Origin: Camelus dromedarius | Taxonomy: Eukaryota | Reading direction: 5' to 3' | Assembly: GCF_036321535.1 (NCBI RefSeq) | Contig: NC_087437.1 | Span: forward strand, 76,944,001-77,008,000 | DNA: 64,000 nucleotides | In this document: one piece after another, positions 51,421 through 64,000 of the stretch | How the letters are laid out: each line of letters begins with the position of its first letter | Position numbering within the stretch: the first letter of the stretch is position 1 | Notes under the pieces: model-generated | Told to the model about the DNA's origin: nothing | Database searches by the model: none | The model's input: the letters and a program-made list of their open reading frames with translations, nothing else | Position numbers and translations under genes: made by a program

Positions 51421-52939
51421 ACTCCTGCACGCACACCTGAACTCCAGCAAAACAATAAAACAAGGCTAAATGTACAATTAGACCATAATGCAATAAGAAA
51501 TAAACCCCTCTGATTCAGGAGGTTGTGAAAAATAAGATTTATTCTTTACTCATGTTTATTTCTTACTTCATGCAGCATAACTCTCCTTCAAGCTGTGAAT
51601 CAGGGACTGGGTTGCTTCCTCCCAAAACTTTGAGACCCATGTGGTTTTTTGTTTGTTTGTTTGTTTCTAATTATGAAGAGAGACAGAAAGGGGTGGAAGG
51701 AGAGACACATTTGTTCTTAACTGCTTTAGTGGAAGTGACTTATCCCTACATCCCTCCTTTTGATGTTTGTTGCAAGAATTCATCACATGGCCACACCTAG
51801 AAGCCTTGGGACAGAGAAAATATAAGAATATGTAGATACTTGGTGAGCACCAACGGTCTCCATCACAATTTGTCAAATATATAAACATAAATTATTTTGG
51901 TACTTCATAATGCTCAATAAATTGATTAAGTAAAATAAGGACTGAGGGCCATGAACAGAAGGGTATGTATAGTTCTGTTGCTTTCACAACATACAAACTT
52001 TGTTGTTTAGCACAAGATAACAAAGTTGTTTTCTGAATTCTACTTGGGGCTTTTTAGTTTCCTTGAGCTGTTATTTATTGCAAACCATTTCTCAGGGGTG
52101 TATCCTGAAATGGAGGCTTAGTCACTTGTCTCCAAGAAAAAAGAAATAGGATTTGGCCTTTTCTACTTAAATAAGATGACAACAGGAAATGATTTGTGTA
52201 ACTTACAAAAATATGAAAGAATGAATTTACAATCAACAGTGTTTACATGTAATGCACATTTATTTCAAAGTATTTTCTAATAAAGCCACTTGCAAGCAGA
52301 GAGCTGCTAATAAGAACAAAATTAAAACAAAATATAGAAAGATGCTTGTATATTCTGAGTTTACTGTAAAATTATCCCCAGAGTGAGCCTCACTTTTTGC
52401 CCCATAGAATCATCAACTCACACTTTATAAACAGAAGGCTGAACATATTCAATAATCTTCATGCTTGGTGGCAGAAATACACAGAGCCATGTTTTAACAT
52501 TTGTAAAGTACCCAAGTTACAGTAGAAGAGCATATAAAAATACAGAAGTCAACAAAATAAATGCATCAAGAAAAATAACTAGCAATGTATGCATTGAATG
52601 TCAATACTGCTTATGGTGATGGTGAAATTATGGATGATTTTTTTCCCTTCTTGCTTGTAATTTTCTTTATTTTCAAATTCTATTTGTACTTTTTGTCTTT
52701 TCCAATAAACATGTATAGTTTTAGAATTAGAAAAGAGATGATAAAAGCTTATTTTGGTACATGTAACATACGTGCCCTCATGTTTTATGAATGTACCAAA
52801 CATTAAGAAATCTGACCTGTATTAGGAGACTCATGCTCTAGTGCTGATGATATGGTGCAAGGACCTTAGTGAAATTCATGAGACTGCTTTGGAGGATTTC
52901 AAAAAAGAAGTTAAAAATGTGAAAATAACTATAGACTGT

Positions 52940-53990
52940 GTCATATGAAATCTAATACCATTAAAGTTGTATATTCAGATTAATTTGACCTATATGTGTA
53001 TGGGGAAGACAACATTTTAAAATACTGCATTATTCCATCCATGAATTTGGAAGCTCCACTTATTTATGCCATTTTTATTCTTCAATGAAGCTTTACAAAA
53101 ATCTCTAAAATTTTTATTGTGCTAACTTTTTAGATTTATTCCAAGAATCCCCACATTTTTTTAAGTACTACTACATTTTCAAATTGGTTGTTTCTGATAT
53201 CAACAGAGTGCTAATTACTTTTGTATATAGACCTTATATCATGCAATGCTGAATTTTTAAAATTATTTTCAATGTTCGTCTATAAATTCTCTTAGACTCT
53301 CCTTATAGGCAGGTGTATATTTGGAGTATCACAATAACCTTGGTTCTTTCTTTCTAACCATCTCTTTTATTTCTCCTTGCCTCATTGTGCCAGTTAGCCC
53401 CTCAAGGAGAAGGTAGGAGTAGTTCTGACTATGTTTGTTTAGTGTCTTATTTCCATGGGAACGCTTCTATCTTCTGATCACCCATTATAGAAATGCTGAG
53501 GAGTCTTGGTCTGTATTCTTTATCAGGTTCAATAATTCACATTTGATTCCTACTTTGCTAAGAGTTTTGAGCACGATCAAGCGTGGTATTTTATCTGATT
53601 TTTTCGCTACATTTTTGGTATATTTATATGATTTTCCTATTTAATTTAAGCAACCCTAGGATAAAGCTAAATTTGGTTGTGTTATGTTCTTTTTGAAATA
53701 CATGGCTGGATTTAGCTTACTAATTATTTATATCATTCATTTCTGTGTGAAATTCACCTGAAGTTATTTAATCTTAACATTATTTTATCTAGTTTTGGTG
53801 TAAAGGTTCTACTAACATAAAAGAGTTTTGTATCTTACCCTTTATTATTTACTTGGAAACAGCTGCATCTAGCAGTATCTACTCTTTCAGAGTTTGGTAA
53901 ACTTGCTTATAAAATTATCTGGAAATAGAGTTTATTTTGTAGATATATTCTTGAGTACTAGTTTAATGTTTATAACAGTTACTGTCTAAT
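52940..53990 (-). mobile_element. Old L1 (L1ME-like) ORF2 remnant
   Basis: TTTTAGATTTATTCCAAG, TTTTGTATATAGACCTTATATC, ATTCTTTATCAGGTT, TTCCTACTTTGCTAAGAGTTTT. Confidence 0.75.
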
Positions 53991-54508
53991 CAAGAGATTG
54001 GCAAATTGGGGTCTGGAGAGACTCACAGACATAGAAAACAATCTTGTGGCTACCAGAGGGGGAAGCGGGTGAGAAGGGATAAATTGGAGTTTGAGATTTG
54101 CAGATACTAATATATATAAAATAAACAGCAAGTTCACACTGTATAGCACAGAGAACTATATTCAATATCTTGTAGTAACTTATGGTGAAGAAAATGTATG
54201 TTCATATATGACTGAAGCATTATGCTGTACCCCAGAAATTTACACATTGTAAACTGGCTATACTTCAATTATATATATATAATTTTTTTTTTGCACACAA
54301 AAAAATAGGGTCTGAAAACCAAATCTAGCCCACTGCCTATTTTTGCAAGTGAAGTTTATTGGAAAAGCCACACATTTTTTTAACACATTGTCTGTGGCTG
54401 TTTCCATACTACGGCAGTAAAGCTGAGTAATGGGACAGAGACTATAGCCTGCAAGGCTGAAACATTTATTATCTGGCCCTTAATAGGAAATGTTTTCCAA
54501 TCTTCGGT
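53991..54508 (+). mobile_element. MER58A (hAT-Charlie) split by an L1 3' end
   Basis: GGCAAA left end. CCAAATCTAGCCCACTGCCTATTTTTG, ATTGTCTGTGGCTG, ATTTATTATCTGGCCCTT. Confidence 0.85.
54016..54302 (+). mobile_element. Short 5'-truncated L1 3'UTR insertion
   Basis: AGACTCACAGACATAGAAAACAATCTTGTGGCTACCAGAGGGG...CATTGTAAACTGGCTATACTTCAAT. Imperfect TSD AATTGGGGTCTG / AAATAGGGTCTG. Confidence 0.9.
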
Positions 54509-56753
54509 CAAATCAATTCTTGAATTCATTTTGGAAATTGTTTTATTCTGTAAAATTGTCCAATTAATTGGAATTCCAAATAATTAACATAATGATCATA
54601 TTATTTTATGATATATTATTTATAGTGTCTCCCTGGTAATCTCTCATATTATCCTAAATATTTTATCTGATCAATTTTGCAGATTCTTTTACCCATGAAT
54701 TGCTTAAAAGTTTAGTTTTCGTACTTATTTTCTTTTTGTTTTACAGTTCAGAAACTTTGGGACTATCTAAAACCTGGCAAGAGTACAAATTTCTTCCCAT
54801 AAAAGATTAGTTATTTTGATATTTTTTGTCACTGTGATCAAAGCTAAGTGACATACTGAAAAAAGGATATGGAGACAGATCTGGACTTGAATTTCTAATA
54901 AGCCATTTAATTTTCAGTGTGACCTTGAACAAATTAATTTAACTCTTCTGAACCCTAGATTTCTTCTCTATCTTATAAGAATTACAGCAGTTATCCAGTG
55001 GGGCTGTTTTAACTATAATATGATGTGTTTACCTCTAACTTGGGGATCAGGAGAAAAATGAAACTGATTCATTAAGTCAAATATAAGTACAAAGTAAGAA
55101 TCTTTCCCTTCCTTTCTTGCAGTCATCCTCTAGAAGTCCAGAAACCAACCCTCCATGGAAGGGGATAGCAAAGACATAAAAGTATATTTTGCTGGTGCAA
55201 AGTGGTAGGTAAATTAGGTTGGAATCTTTTGGGCAAAATATTAAAAAACAACAGCAAAAAAACAACAAAGAGCATCAAACCTTCCACACAGTCAGCTAGT
55301 ACCATGTTGGTGCTGTCAAAGAGAAATCCTCAGTGGAAGCAACTAGAAAGGACAATTAATGTATTTCCTAGGTGCCAGTGATACATGTGCTCACACAAAT
55401 GGAGTCCGGACAGTTCTGAACATGAATTCTGCTCCTACAGAGCCCCTTGTCACTGGCAATAAATGGTGTCCTTGGAGCAGAAGTTAGAGGTCCTTGGATG
55501 ATGACACATTTCCTTTCCACAACCTTCTCCTGTATCTGGGCTCCTTATCATAGTCTTGACCAATCTCCATTTCTCTCTTTGTATTTCTAGCATCTCTTCC
55601 CACCTCCTTCCTTCATTTTTTGTCCCTAGATGGATAGATTCTCTCTTATTCATCAATTTTACTGAATTTATTTATGTTATATGAGTTCCTCATGTTCCTT
55701 TGAGAATTAGAGAAGTTGGGCATTCAGTAATCTTTGTGTATTTGTTTCTGTGATCGCTGATGTCTTCTCTTCCATGAGGAGGGAACACAAAATGACTAAC
55801 TGACTCAATAAGGAAGTGGCCAGAAGGTTGAAGGAATTACTGAGAATAGAAATCTTATCAGCTAATGTCCAAAAGTATCTTACCTCATGGTAATATGAAG
55901 AGGTGATAATTGTACAGTGTTCAGCACAGTGCTCACCATATAGCACATCTCAATGTAATATCAGTTTCCTGCTTTAAAAGATGATGTTTTGCAGAGTCTG
56001 TTCTAGTATCAAGACTTTGGACTGCATTGTGCCTAAAGTCTTTGACCTCATACTTTGCAACTTCACTTAAGGGTCTGCTTATTACTCCTTACCTAACCCA
56101 TGTGATTTTTAACTCAATTCCATTTGCCAGCTTATCTTTAATTTTCGAGTCAGAGAAGATAAATAAATGCATTAATGTATGAACAGGTTGTGGTGAGGAT
56201 AATATGGACACTAATTGTTCTCACTAGATTAGGTGAAGGACCGTTCTGACTCTGTTGTAAAACAATATTATTATATACCGTTTTTAATTTTATTTTTTAA
56301 GCGTATAGGCAAAAATAAAGGAGAAGACTATTGTAAGTTGATATTGGAGGGACAGATATAACTGCTACTTATTTCCTGGTCATAATTGTGTGAGGAGAAC
56401 AGGTGTTAATTTGCATTTGAGAAATGCAGAATGTGTTGACTATGGCATGCAGCTTTGCAGGATCTGGGCACTAACTAAAGAAAGAAGTGCTGTCAGGTCA
56501 ACAGAGAGGTTGCTTTTAGTTGGAAATAGATGTTAGTGAGCATGAATCTTTGTTTATGCTCCCACCACGGTTCCTTAAATTATGCTCTGACCCAAGAATG
56601 ACCAGAATTACAGTGCTTAAATAGTTTTTATAATATATTATACTGAATAGATAGTTCTCAATTTATAAATGGGTTAAATACACAAAAAGTTAATTTGTAA
56701 AGATTTGTCATTCAGATTACAAAACAATTTTTATTAAGCAAGTATTTTAAATA

Positions 56754-57169
56754 CAGGCATCCCTCAAAGATACTGCGGGTGCAGTTCCAAACCAACACAA
56801 TAAAGCAGATATTGCAATAAATCAAGTCACACCAATTTTTTTGCTCCTCGGTACGTGTAAATGCTACATTTACACTATACTGTAGTTTATTAAGTGTGTA
56901 ATATCATTATGATTAAAAAAACAAGGTACATACCTTAATTAAAAATACTTTATTGCTAAGAAATGCTAACCATCACCCGAGCCTTCAGTTGAGTCATAGT
57001 AACAACATCAAAGTTCATTCTGATCACTGAGACATGAAGTAAGAAAAACTGTTGGAAAAATGGCACCAATAGACTTTTTAGATGCAGCGTTGCCACAGAC
57101 CTTCACTTTGGAAAAAACAGTATCTGTGAAGCTCAGTAAAGCAAAGAGCAATAAAACAAGGTATACCTA
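56754..57169 (-). mobile_element. Tigger1-derived MITE (Tigger1a-type), probably nested in an older Tigger-like remnant (~56650-57385)
   Basis: TA|CAGGCATCCCTC...AAGGTATACCTA|TA (TIRs and TA TSD). Both Tigger1 ends are present and the transposase is deleted. Confidence 0.9.
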
Positions 57170-57673
57170 TATCAATATCCTCAATATTAACCTGAGAAAG
57201 TTCACTGAATCACATATATATATTTTTATATATATATATACTTAATGCATACAGTCAATGGAAATATTTTAAACAGATGTAGTCACCATTCCTAATGCCA
57301 TTTAAATGGGAAAATGCACTTCAACAAACAACTTAGGATTTAATTTTTCTCCATAACTCTATTAGATTACTAAGGACCACTGCAGTTCTTGATTCAAGGG
57401 GACATTACATGGAACATAGCCACTCTGGGGAAATTACTTACTTATTAAGTGGCTGAATATCCTAAGAAGATATGTATTTGCATAAGATAAAATGTCTTTA
57501 TTAGTTACCTACTCTGCAAAGTTCCAAATTGAAGAATTAAACAGAGACATAAGTCAGGGATGCCCAGCAATAAATCATATTCTCTATTTTGTTAAGTGGG
57601 GTCTTTGCTTATGAATTGCTTAATGTGAACAGATGGGATTGAAAAAGGGTCTTTGATTAGCTTATGAAAATGG

Positions 57674-57674
<1 letters not shown>

Positions 57675-57722
<48 letters not shown>
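57675..57722. repeat. (ATC)16 perfect trinucleotide microsatellite
   Basis: Direct reading. Confidence 0.97.
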
Positions 57723-57723
<1 letters not shown>

Positions 57724-59361
57724 CTGGCTTGTGAATTCAAAAATAGAGAGGTCAATATTTTGTTCCTTTTTAAAAGGTATTACATTATTTTAAGTAGCTA
57801 ATAAAACCTAATATTTGTTGCATTTGTTACAGCTTTTAAGTCACTTTCATATACATGTGTCTCATTTGATCTTCAAAGCCCAATGAGTGAGAAATGGAAA
57901 AGTTGATTATCATATATATCCCATTACTCATAAATAGTACAAAGTATATCCATTGGAAATTCACATAGCTGCTAAGTGTTCAAGGTATCAGCAGTACGAA
58001 ATTGCAGCAATTCCAGTTTATTTTGTCACAGACACCAATTACTTAATACATGCAGTAAGCCTTAAAGACTTATCTGATAACTCTTTAGAGTTTGTACAAT
58101 ACATTATTGTCTGCGGTTTATTTATTCTGCCATATTTATTTAACAAAATGCACAGCAGTGAAGCCTGTTAAGGCCTCCATTAAAATGAAGGAATTTCACA
58201 AGTCCCAAATATAAAATAAGATTATGGATTATAAAGGTAATAATAGCTTCTGCTTCTTCCCCTCTCCTTTAGTAACTGAAAACTTGCATTTTCAAGGCAG
58301 TTTAAGAATGGGTTTACTATTCTATTTTTACTATATTTTTTCGTAAAATGTTTCTTAGAACTCATTTTGTATTTCATTTGTTCCATTCATTTCTTCTTTA
58401 CTCTTTTTTTCTTTATGCTTGCATTCAATTTCACTGGGTTTTATTTATTACCATTTCAGTGCTCTTTAAAAAGAATTTGTCACCTAGATGCCTTCTCTTG
58501 TCTATGGCAAAAAATTAAAAAATAAAAATAAAAATAAATCTTTAAAAGGCCAGTAAACCTGAGCTCATGTCCTGAAAAATCATGCTGGAATTAAGGCTAT
58601 GGTTCTGGCTCTTGAATGGGATATCTAGTTTATACGTATAAATTTTGAATAAATAAAATTGGTCTGCAAACAGACAAGCTTAAAGAGATCAAGTCCAAGC
58701 TTTCTAACTGATAGACAAGCTGGAGAGAAATGCTGCAGTGTGTACGTTCCTTTTTTCTGTGTAAAAAGGTTATCCATCCCGGCAAACCTTTTAGGCTAAC
58801 TGTAATTAAAGTCAACGGATGGAAAAGCATAAGCATTTAAAAAATGCAACTTAAAATTGGCAGTGTTGGAAATTTTGATTATTTGTACTTCTGGAGGGTG
58901 AAGCGAAATGGTTGGGAGATTCTCCAGTTTCTACAGGCAAGCAAAAGGGAATTGGCCCAGCCCTAGTTCAGTGCTGTCCCCACCCGCCAAAGCCAAGCTT
59001 GGTAATTGCTCCACTGAGAACAGAGCAGGGTTGAATCTGCTTGTGATGTGTTTTATTGTGATTTGCATTTTTCTGCATAGTAATTGATAACCTTTAATAA
59101 AACATTGATTTACGTGCTGTTACAAAGTACATCATCTTTCAGGCTTTAAATTAAGCATTTCTGCAACGTGTGTTGGTGGGGGTGAGGGTAGGGTATAGAT
59201 TAGCATTATTCTCTGCCCTAGGGAAAAAGTCTTTTCTCCCCCATCTGGCCTCTTTAAATGCAAAGCCTGAGTTGAGAATTTTTTACTTGTGAGTAGTTTG
59301 TCACTCTCTTATTTCTGTTAAATTTCATAAGACCTGACACATTTACAGGGCTGTTAGATAA

Positions 59362-59445
59362 TGTTTAGCACTTTTCATCTTCAAAGTGCTTTATAAATAT
59401 TAACTAATCAAAGCTGCCAGCACACCCATGAGTTAGAGAAATACT
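59362..59445 (-). mobile_element. Ancient CORE-SINE fragment (MIR1_Amn-like)
   Basis: TAGCACTTTTCATCTTCAAAGTGCTTTATAAATATTAACTAAT..CACACCCATGAG closely follows the amniote MIR consensus as I recall it. Confidence 0.6.
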
Positions 59446-61879
59446 GGGTGGTGGTTGTTTTATCTTACTTGGTTTACCTTATGAGGAATTTGTTAGGTTG
59501 CTTAACGTTAGTTTTTTTATATCCAGTTTTAGATAGCTTTTCTCTATTAATAATAAAGAATTGCACCTTTTCTAGGGTCTGAACATGAAGGCCTGTGATT
59601 CATGACCTACCCTGTGTAGCCTTGAATAATTACTTGAATTTATGCATCTGTCTATTGTTTTCTTCCTTAGACTGTAAACCTCATTGCAATAAGGATCATT
59701 GTTTACACTTATTTTTCTTTTACACAGTAGCTACCTTATACTGTTTTCATTTATTCATTCATGCATTCCAAAAACATTTAATAAACGCCCACTATCTTCT
59801 AGGCATTGTATTTAGCACAGAGAACACAGTGTTAATGAACACCTAAGTTCTACTCTTTGGGAGGATACTGGCAAGATTGAAGTAGAAAATGTACTGCACA
59901 CTCAGAAGCTTTTGAGAACATTAGGCGGAGGAGATATTTAGCAAACATAGACAGTCTTAATAGACCTAAGCGGCATTTGATGAAGACCTGGGGACTAGCA
60001 GGGGGAATAAGAGCTGAACTGTGTATGAAATCGGACCATTCCAACCAGAAATGTGGTCTTAGAAAATGAAGCCATTCCCAGGACTATGGACAAATAAGGA
60101 GGCATTGGAGAAAGAAGTACCCCTAACTCTCCATCTTCCCATCCTCCTGTGTCCTGCCAAAGCCCTGTGAAAGCTAACCGGAAACAAGAGGTAAAGGGAG
60201 CCTGGTTTAACATGGAGGTCACAGCATACATCACAGAGCACAGAAGGGATGGGAGCTGTGCAGAGGCTAACAGACAGTATCTAGCACAAGAATCTTGCAA
60301 GGTAAAGACTGAGCTAGGCAAACATATGTATGTAAATTTATATATGTATATATATGGGAAAAAGCACAAATACATTTCTGTGTACTTCAGAAGTGGAGAA
60401 AAGTGTTCTGTCCTGTAGGTACTGGGAAGGCATTTAAGGGAATGTAAACTCTTATCTAAACCTTGAAGGCTGAGATTTTGATTGAATTAACTTGGACTGT
60501 GAAGTCTTAGCACTGTTTTGCTGGATGAACAGGGACAAATGAAAGAACAACTGCCCTTTTACTCTGTGGTACTCATTAGATTTCAATTGACTAGTCTTTC
60601 AAATATTTAAAATCACTGAAGATTGACAGTGATCCAGATAGCTTCTGTGCTGACCATTTATTAAGCTGTTGATTTAAAAAAAAATCTCTACAATTAAAAT
60701 TACTTCCTTGGAATGTTCTCTTTTTTAACCATTTAGTTTTTTCCTTTTCCTTAAATATTCTATCATAACACAGAGGAAATTCAGCTTGGGGGTGGCTGTG
60801 CCATCAGTGCTTTCCCAGGAGTATTATCTAAGATCCATCGTCTACGCTTGGTGATTTCCTATCCCATTTTCACTTTTTTTCAATTAAAAACCCAATAAAT
60901 AGATAAAAGATGGCTAGCTTCATTTAAATAAGAAGTTTCTATAGAAACCATTGATTTCTCTATATTTCACGATCATACAACCATATGAAATCCATCTAGA
61001 TCTTGATTATACTTTTAAACATCTTTTTTCTCTATGTAATTTGAAAGGTTTTGCTTTCTTTTTCTCCAAAAGCAGAAATAAAAAAGATTTTTCAGAATTT
61101 ATCCCTTATCATTATACCTTAACTCATTTTCATAGTACAACTGATTCTTCTTGGTGAGAGTGCTATGGTGAATAAACATGTGCAAAGTAGAGCAAATTCA
61201 GGCCGATCCCTCAGCTTTATATATAAATCTGCCTCACTCATTACCCAAAGGTGTTTTCAAGATTTTTACTTCATATTGTAATTTGGTTTTCTGTTGGGCA
61301 GCAAGAAAATGTCTCCAAAATAGTGATTACAATTTGAATTACTGACCTTTTTATGCACTCTTTTCCCTCGGTTCTGATGATGTTCTTTTTCAGGGTCTTA
61401 TGCGATGGATTCTGTGTAACATTTCCTGTACAAGGTATGAAGGCAAAACAGAAGACAAGTGGAGATGCAGTTCTTAAAATTATCATACATCTCGTCTAGA
61501 TTGAACATTGCTGGGTGTTAGGGTATTATTAGAGGCAATCATATTATAGTGTGAGTTTGAAGGTACATTTTGAACAACTCAGACATCTATTTTACTTTTA
61601 GGCTAAGCAGCTGTTTCTAATCATTTTATGCTTAGGATTGTTAAATGCAAAGACGAGTTTCCTAGTCAAAAGAGTGAATTTCTTAGTGCCATCAGATTAC
61701 ATAGCCCATAAACTTTGAAAAATGTAAATATTCAAGATACAGTCTAACATGATGTGAATTGTCCTGTCACTGCTTCAGAGTACATCATGGAATCTGAGAC
61801 AAACTTAAAGATCCATTATGAAGAATATCTTTGTAAGTAAATGACACTAGCTAGGGAGTAATATATGTACATAATTACC

Positions 61880-62540
61880 ATTCATGATTACAAATAAAGG
61901 GTACCATATAAGAAGTGAACTTCTCTCCCACACTCCCCTGACCCCAAATGTAAGCATTATTCTCACTTTTCTTCATAACTTTTATGAAAAAAATGCATAT
62001 GCCCACAGTGTTTTTAGCAAAGGGAAATTTTATTAAGTTTATGCTTATTTTTATTGTGCTTTTTCCACTTAATTATCTACCTTGGAGATACATCAGTGTA
62101 TGCATATATCATAATTCATTTAACCACTCTTCAAATAATGGAGATTTCCTTTTATTCCCAAAGTTATTAATATAGCAATGTTAAAATAAATATACTTGTG
62201 TGTATGTATGTATGTACATGTATATATTTATATGTGTATATATACATGTATATGTATGCACAGTGTATATATTTTTAGGTCACCTTTTACCATTATATAC
62301 ACATAAAATAAATCATTGGAGTGAAAATGCTAAGTCAAATGATATATCCATTTTACATTTTAATGGCTATAACTAAACTGCCCTACAAAAATATTATAAT
62401 TTATACTACCACATACAATGCATACAAATACTTATTTCCTCCATAGTCTTGTTATTATCAAACTGAAAAATTGCCAGTCAAGAAAGTAAAACTAGTATCT
62501 TCTATTAATTTCAACTTGCATTTGCTTACTTTTAGTGACC
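61880..62540 (-). mobile_element. Old L1ME-like 3' remnant with AT/GT microsatellite
   Basis: CATAATTCATTTAACCACT, AATGCTAAGTCAAATGATAT, AAACTGCCCT..AATTTATACTACCAC, TTGCATTT. Confidence 0.7.
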
Positions 62541-64000
62541 TGATCTTACACATTCACAAGGAAATATGAATGCTGTGCCTTATCATATATCTCACATAAC
62601 CAAAAACATTTGTCTCCCACATTTTAAATTCTGATTTGATATTACTAGAACTTAGATGAGAAAGTAAATGCTCTGTCTCTTTTTGGAAACTACAGCAAAA
62701 AAAAATTTACTTTTCTAGGCCATTCTAGTGGAATTTTGTGCAGTTGTGTAAAAAAAAAACAGTAATAAAGAACAAAAATAACATAAAACTGAGAATCCAG
62801 AGTTTGCATCCCCTGTACCAGCTATGTAGCCTTAGGCAAGTCACTAAATTTTCCTTATTTGTAAATAAGGTGAGAATGAACTTAGAGTGTTGTTATGAGT
62901 ACCCGATTAAATACTGGGTGAGAAAGGAATTTTATGCTGTAGTGCTCTTCATAAATATTGGACTTTAATACAAGGAAATAAATTATTAAATGGGAACTTA
63001 GTACTTTACAAGAAATACAGTTGGCGGGGTGGGGTGTCTACCCCTGGTGATGGTGGTCAGACTAGCTCTTGACTCTTTAATCTCGAGGGGTACCCAGTCT
63101 GATAGAGCTGGTGCACCAGTAGTTCTCCCCTTGCTCTTTCGTGATCCTGCATGTGGAAAATTACAGAATGGACTTGTCTGAAACGCTGAAAGGTTAAAAC
63201 TGCCCCCAGGAGCCTGGAATGGTAACATCCACATGCAAAGAGAGTGTTCATTTATTTTATATAACACCCTATCCTTTTTCGGGTTTTCCTTTTAGAAGCA
63301 GTTCTTTTTACTCATTGAAAAAAAAAAAATTCTCTAGTCACATCATCAAGTCTACATACACCCAAACTTGTATTTCTTAAACCTGACACTTAGTGACTTT
63401 GTCCTAACTCTTACTACTTATTCCTTACATTTTTATAGTTTAAAGTCAAAAAACAAAGTTGAGAACATATTCATTGATTTGAATTTTCTGAATATTATTA
63501 TTACCATTGAATTTTGGGAGCCTAGACAGCTACTGGTCTCTTCTGTAGTCAGTTATTACTCAGCGATTCTGTTAGTTTAGTTTTGCACCAAGTTTAGCTG
63601 CTGAAGGGACATCTAGCACTGATGCATTTAGCCTCAGATAATAAACCTAGCTTCAAACCTTATAACCCCAGCTGAAGCGATTGCATTTCTGCAATTACAT
63701 TAGGCTTCCCTGAAGCAGGTTAATTGAACTGCGGTGTACTGTTTTGTCAAGATTTATCCCCTTGTATAAATCGACTTGTGTCAGCTCTGTAGCACACTGT
63801 TCTGAAAGAAAACAACCTGCTCCTAGGAAAACCCTAAACAAGGCTCGTAATTAAATAGAATGTGGAGACAGATTCATCCCAGCAGTGGTTTGAGGGGAAA
63901 AGCGTCATCCTGTGGTTAGAAAGTTCCCAAGCTGAATTACTGAGTTGTGGTTTTTGTGTGGGAGATCTGTTGTTAGGTAGAGACAAAGGTCATTAAGAAA

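Noticed and set aside
59055..59068. Possible canonical SOX-OCT composite element
   Set aside because: The octamer is inverted relative to the canonical CATTGTnATGCAAAT arrangement. It is kept only as part of the motif cluster.
1..64000. Prokaryote-type systems (CRISPR arrays, operons), NUMT or endogenous viral coding sequence
   Set aside because: I saw no regularly spaced repeat-spacer array, no gene-dense region and no recognisable mitochondrial, gag/pol/env or other viral peptides. The content is typical mammalian repeat-rich non-coding DNA.

Overview
This is AT-rich, repeat-dense placental-mammal DNA, intergenic or deep intronic, and most likely from a camelid. The evidence is two Vic-1-type tRNA SINEs with target-site duplications (TSDs), cetartiodactyl-type L1 3' ends, and no ruminant, pig, primate or rodent SINEs that I could see. 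I recognise no host protein-coding gene, RNA gene or processed pseudogene. Apart from L1/L2-derived frames, the ORF track looks like noise. Much of the window is transposon fossil: L1, L2, MIR, MaLR/ERVL LTRs, and hAT and Tigger MITEs, with several nested insertions. The most interesting object is a ~2.9 kb CpG-rich L1 derivative (47.26-50.19 kb, minus strand). It keeps the 5'UTR, ORF1 and 3' end but has lost almost all of ORF2, and its 5'UTR carries a triplicated ~59-bp unit and a long antisense ORF. Also noted are a TSD-bounded composite L1/L1/SINE with an asymmetric deletion, a good CTCF motif, several motif-dense non-repetitive segments (candidate enhancers) and three orphan exon-like segments. 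Repeat family names come from recalled consensus sequences, not a database search, and boundaries are approximate unless TSDs are given. I found no evidence strong enough to claim a new biological system.
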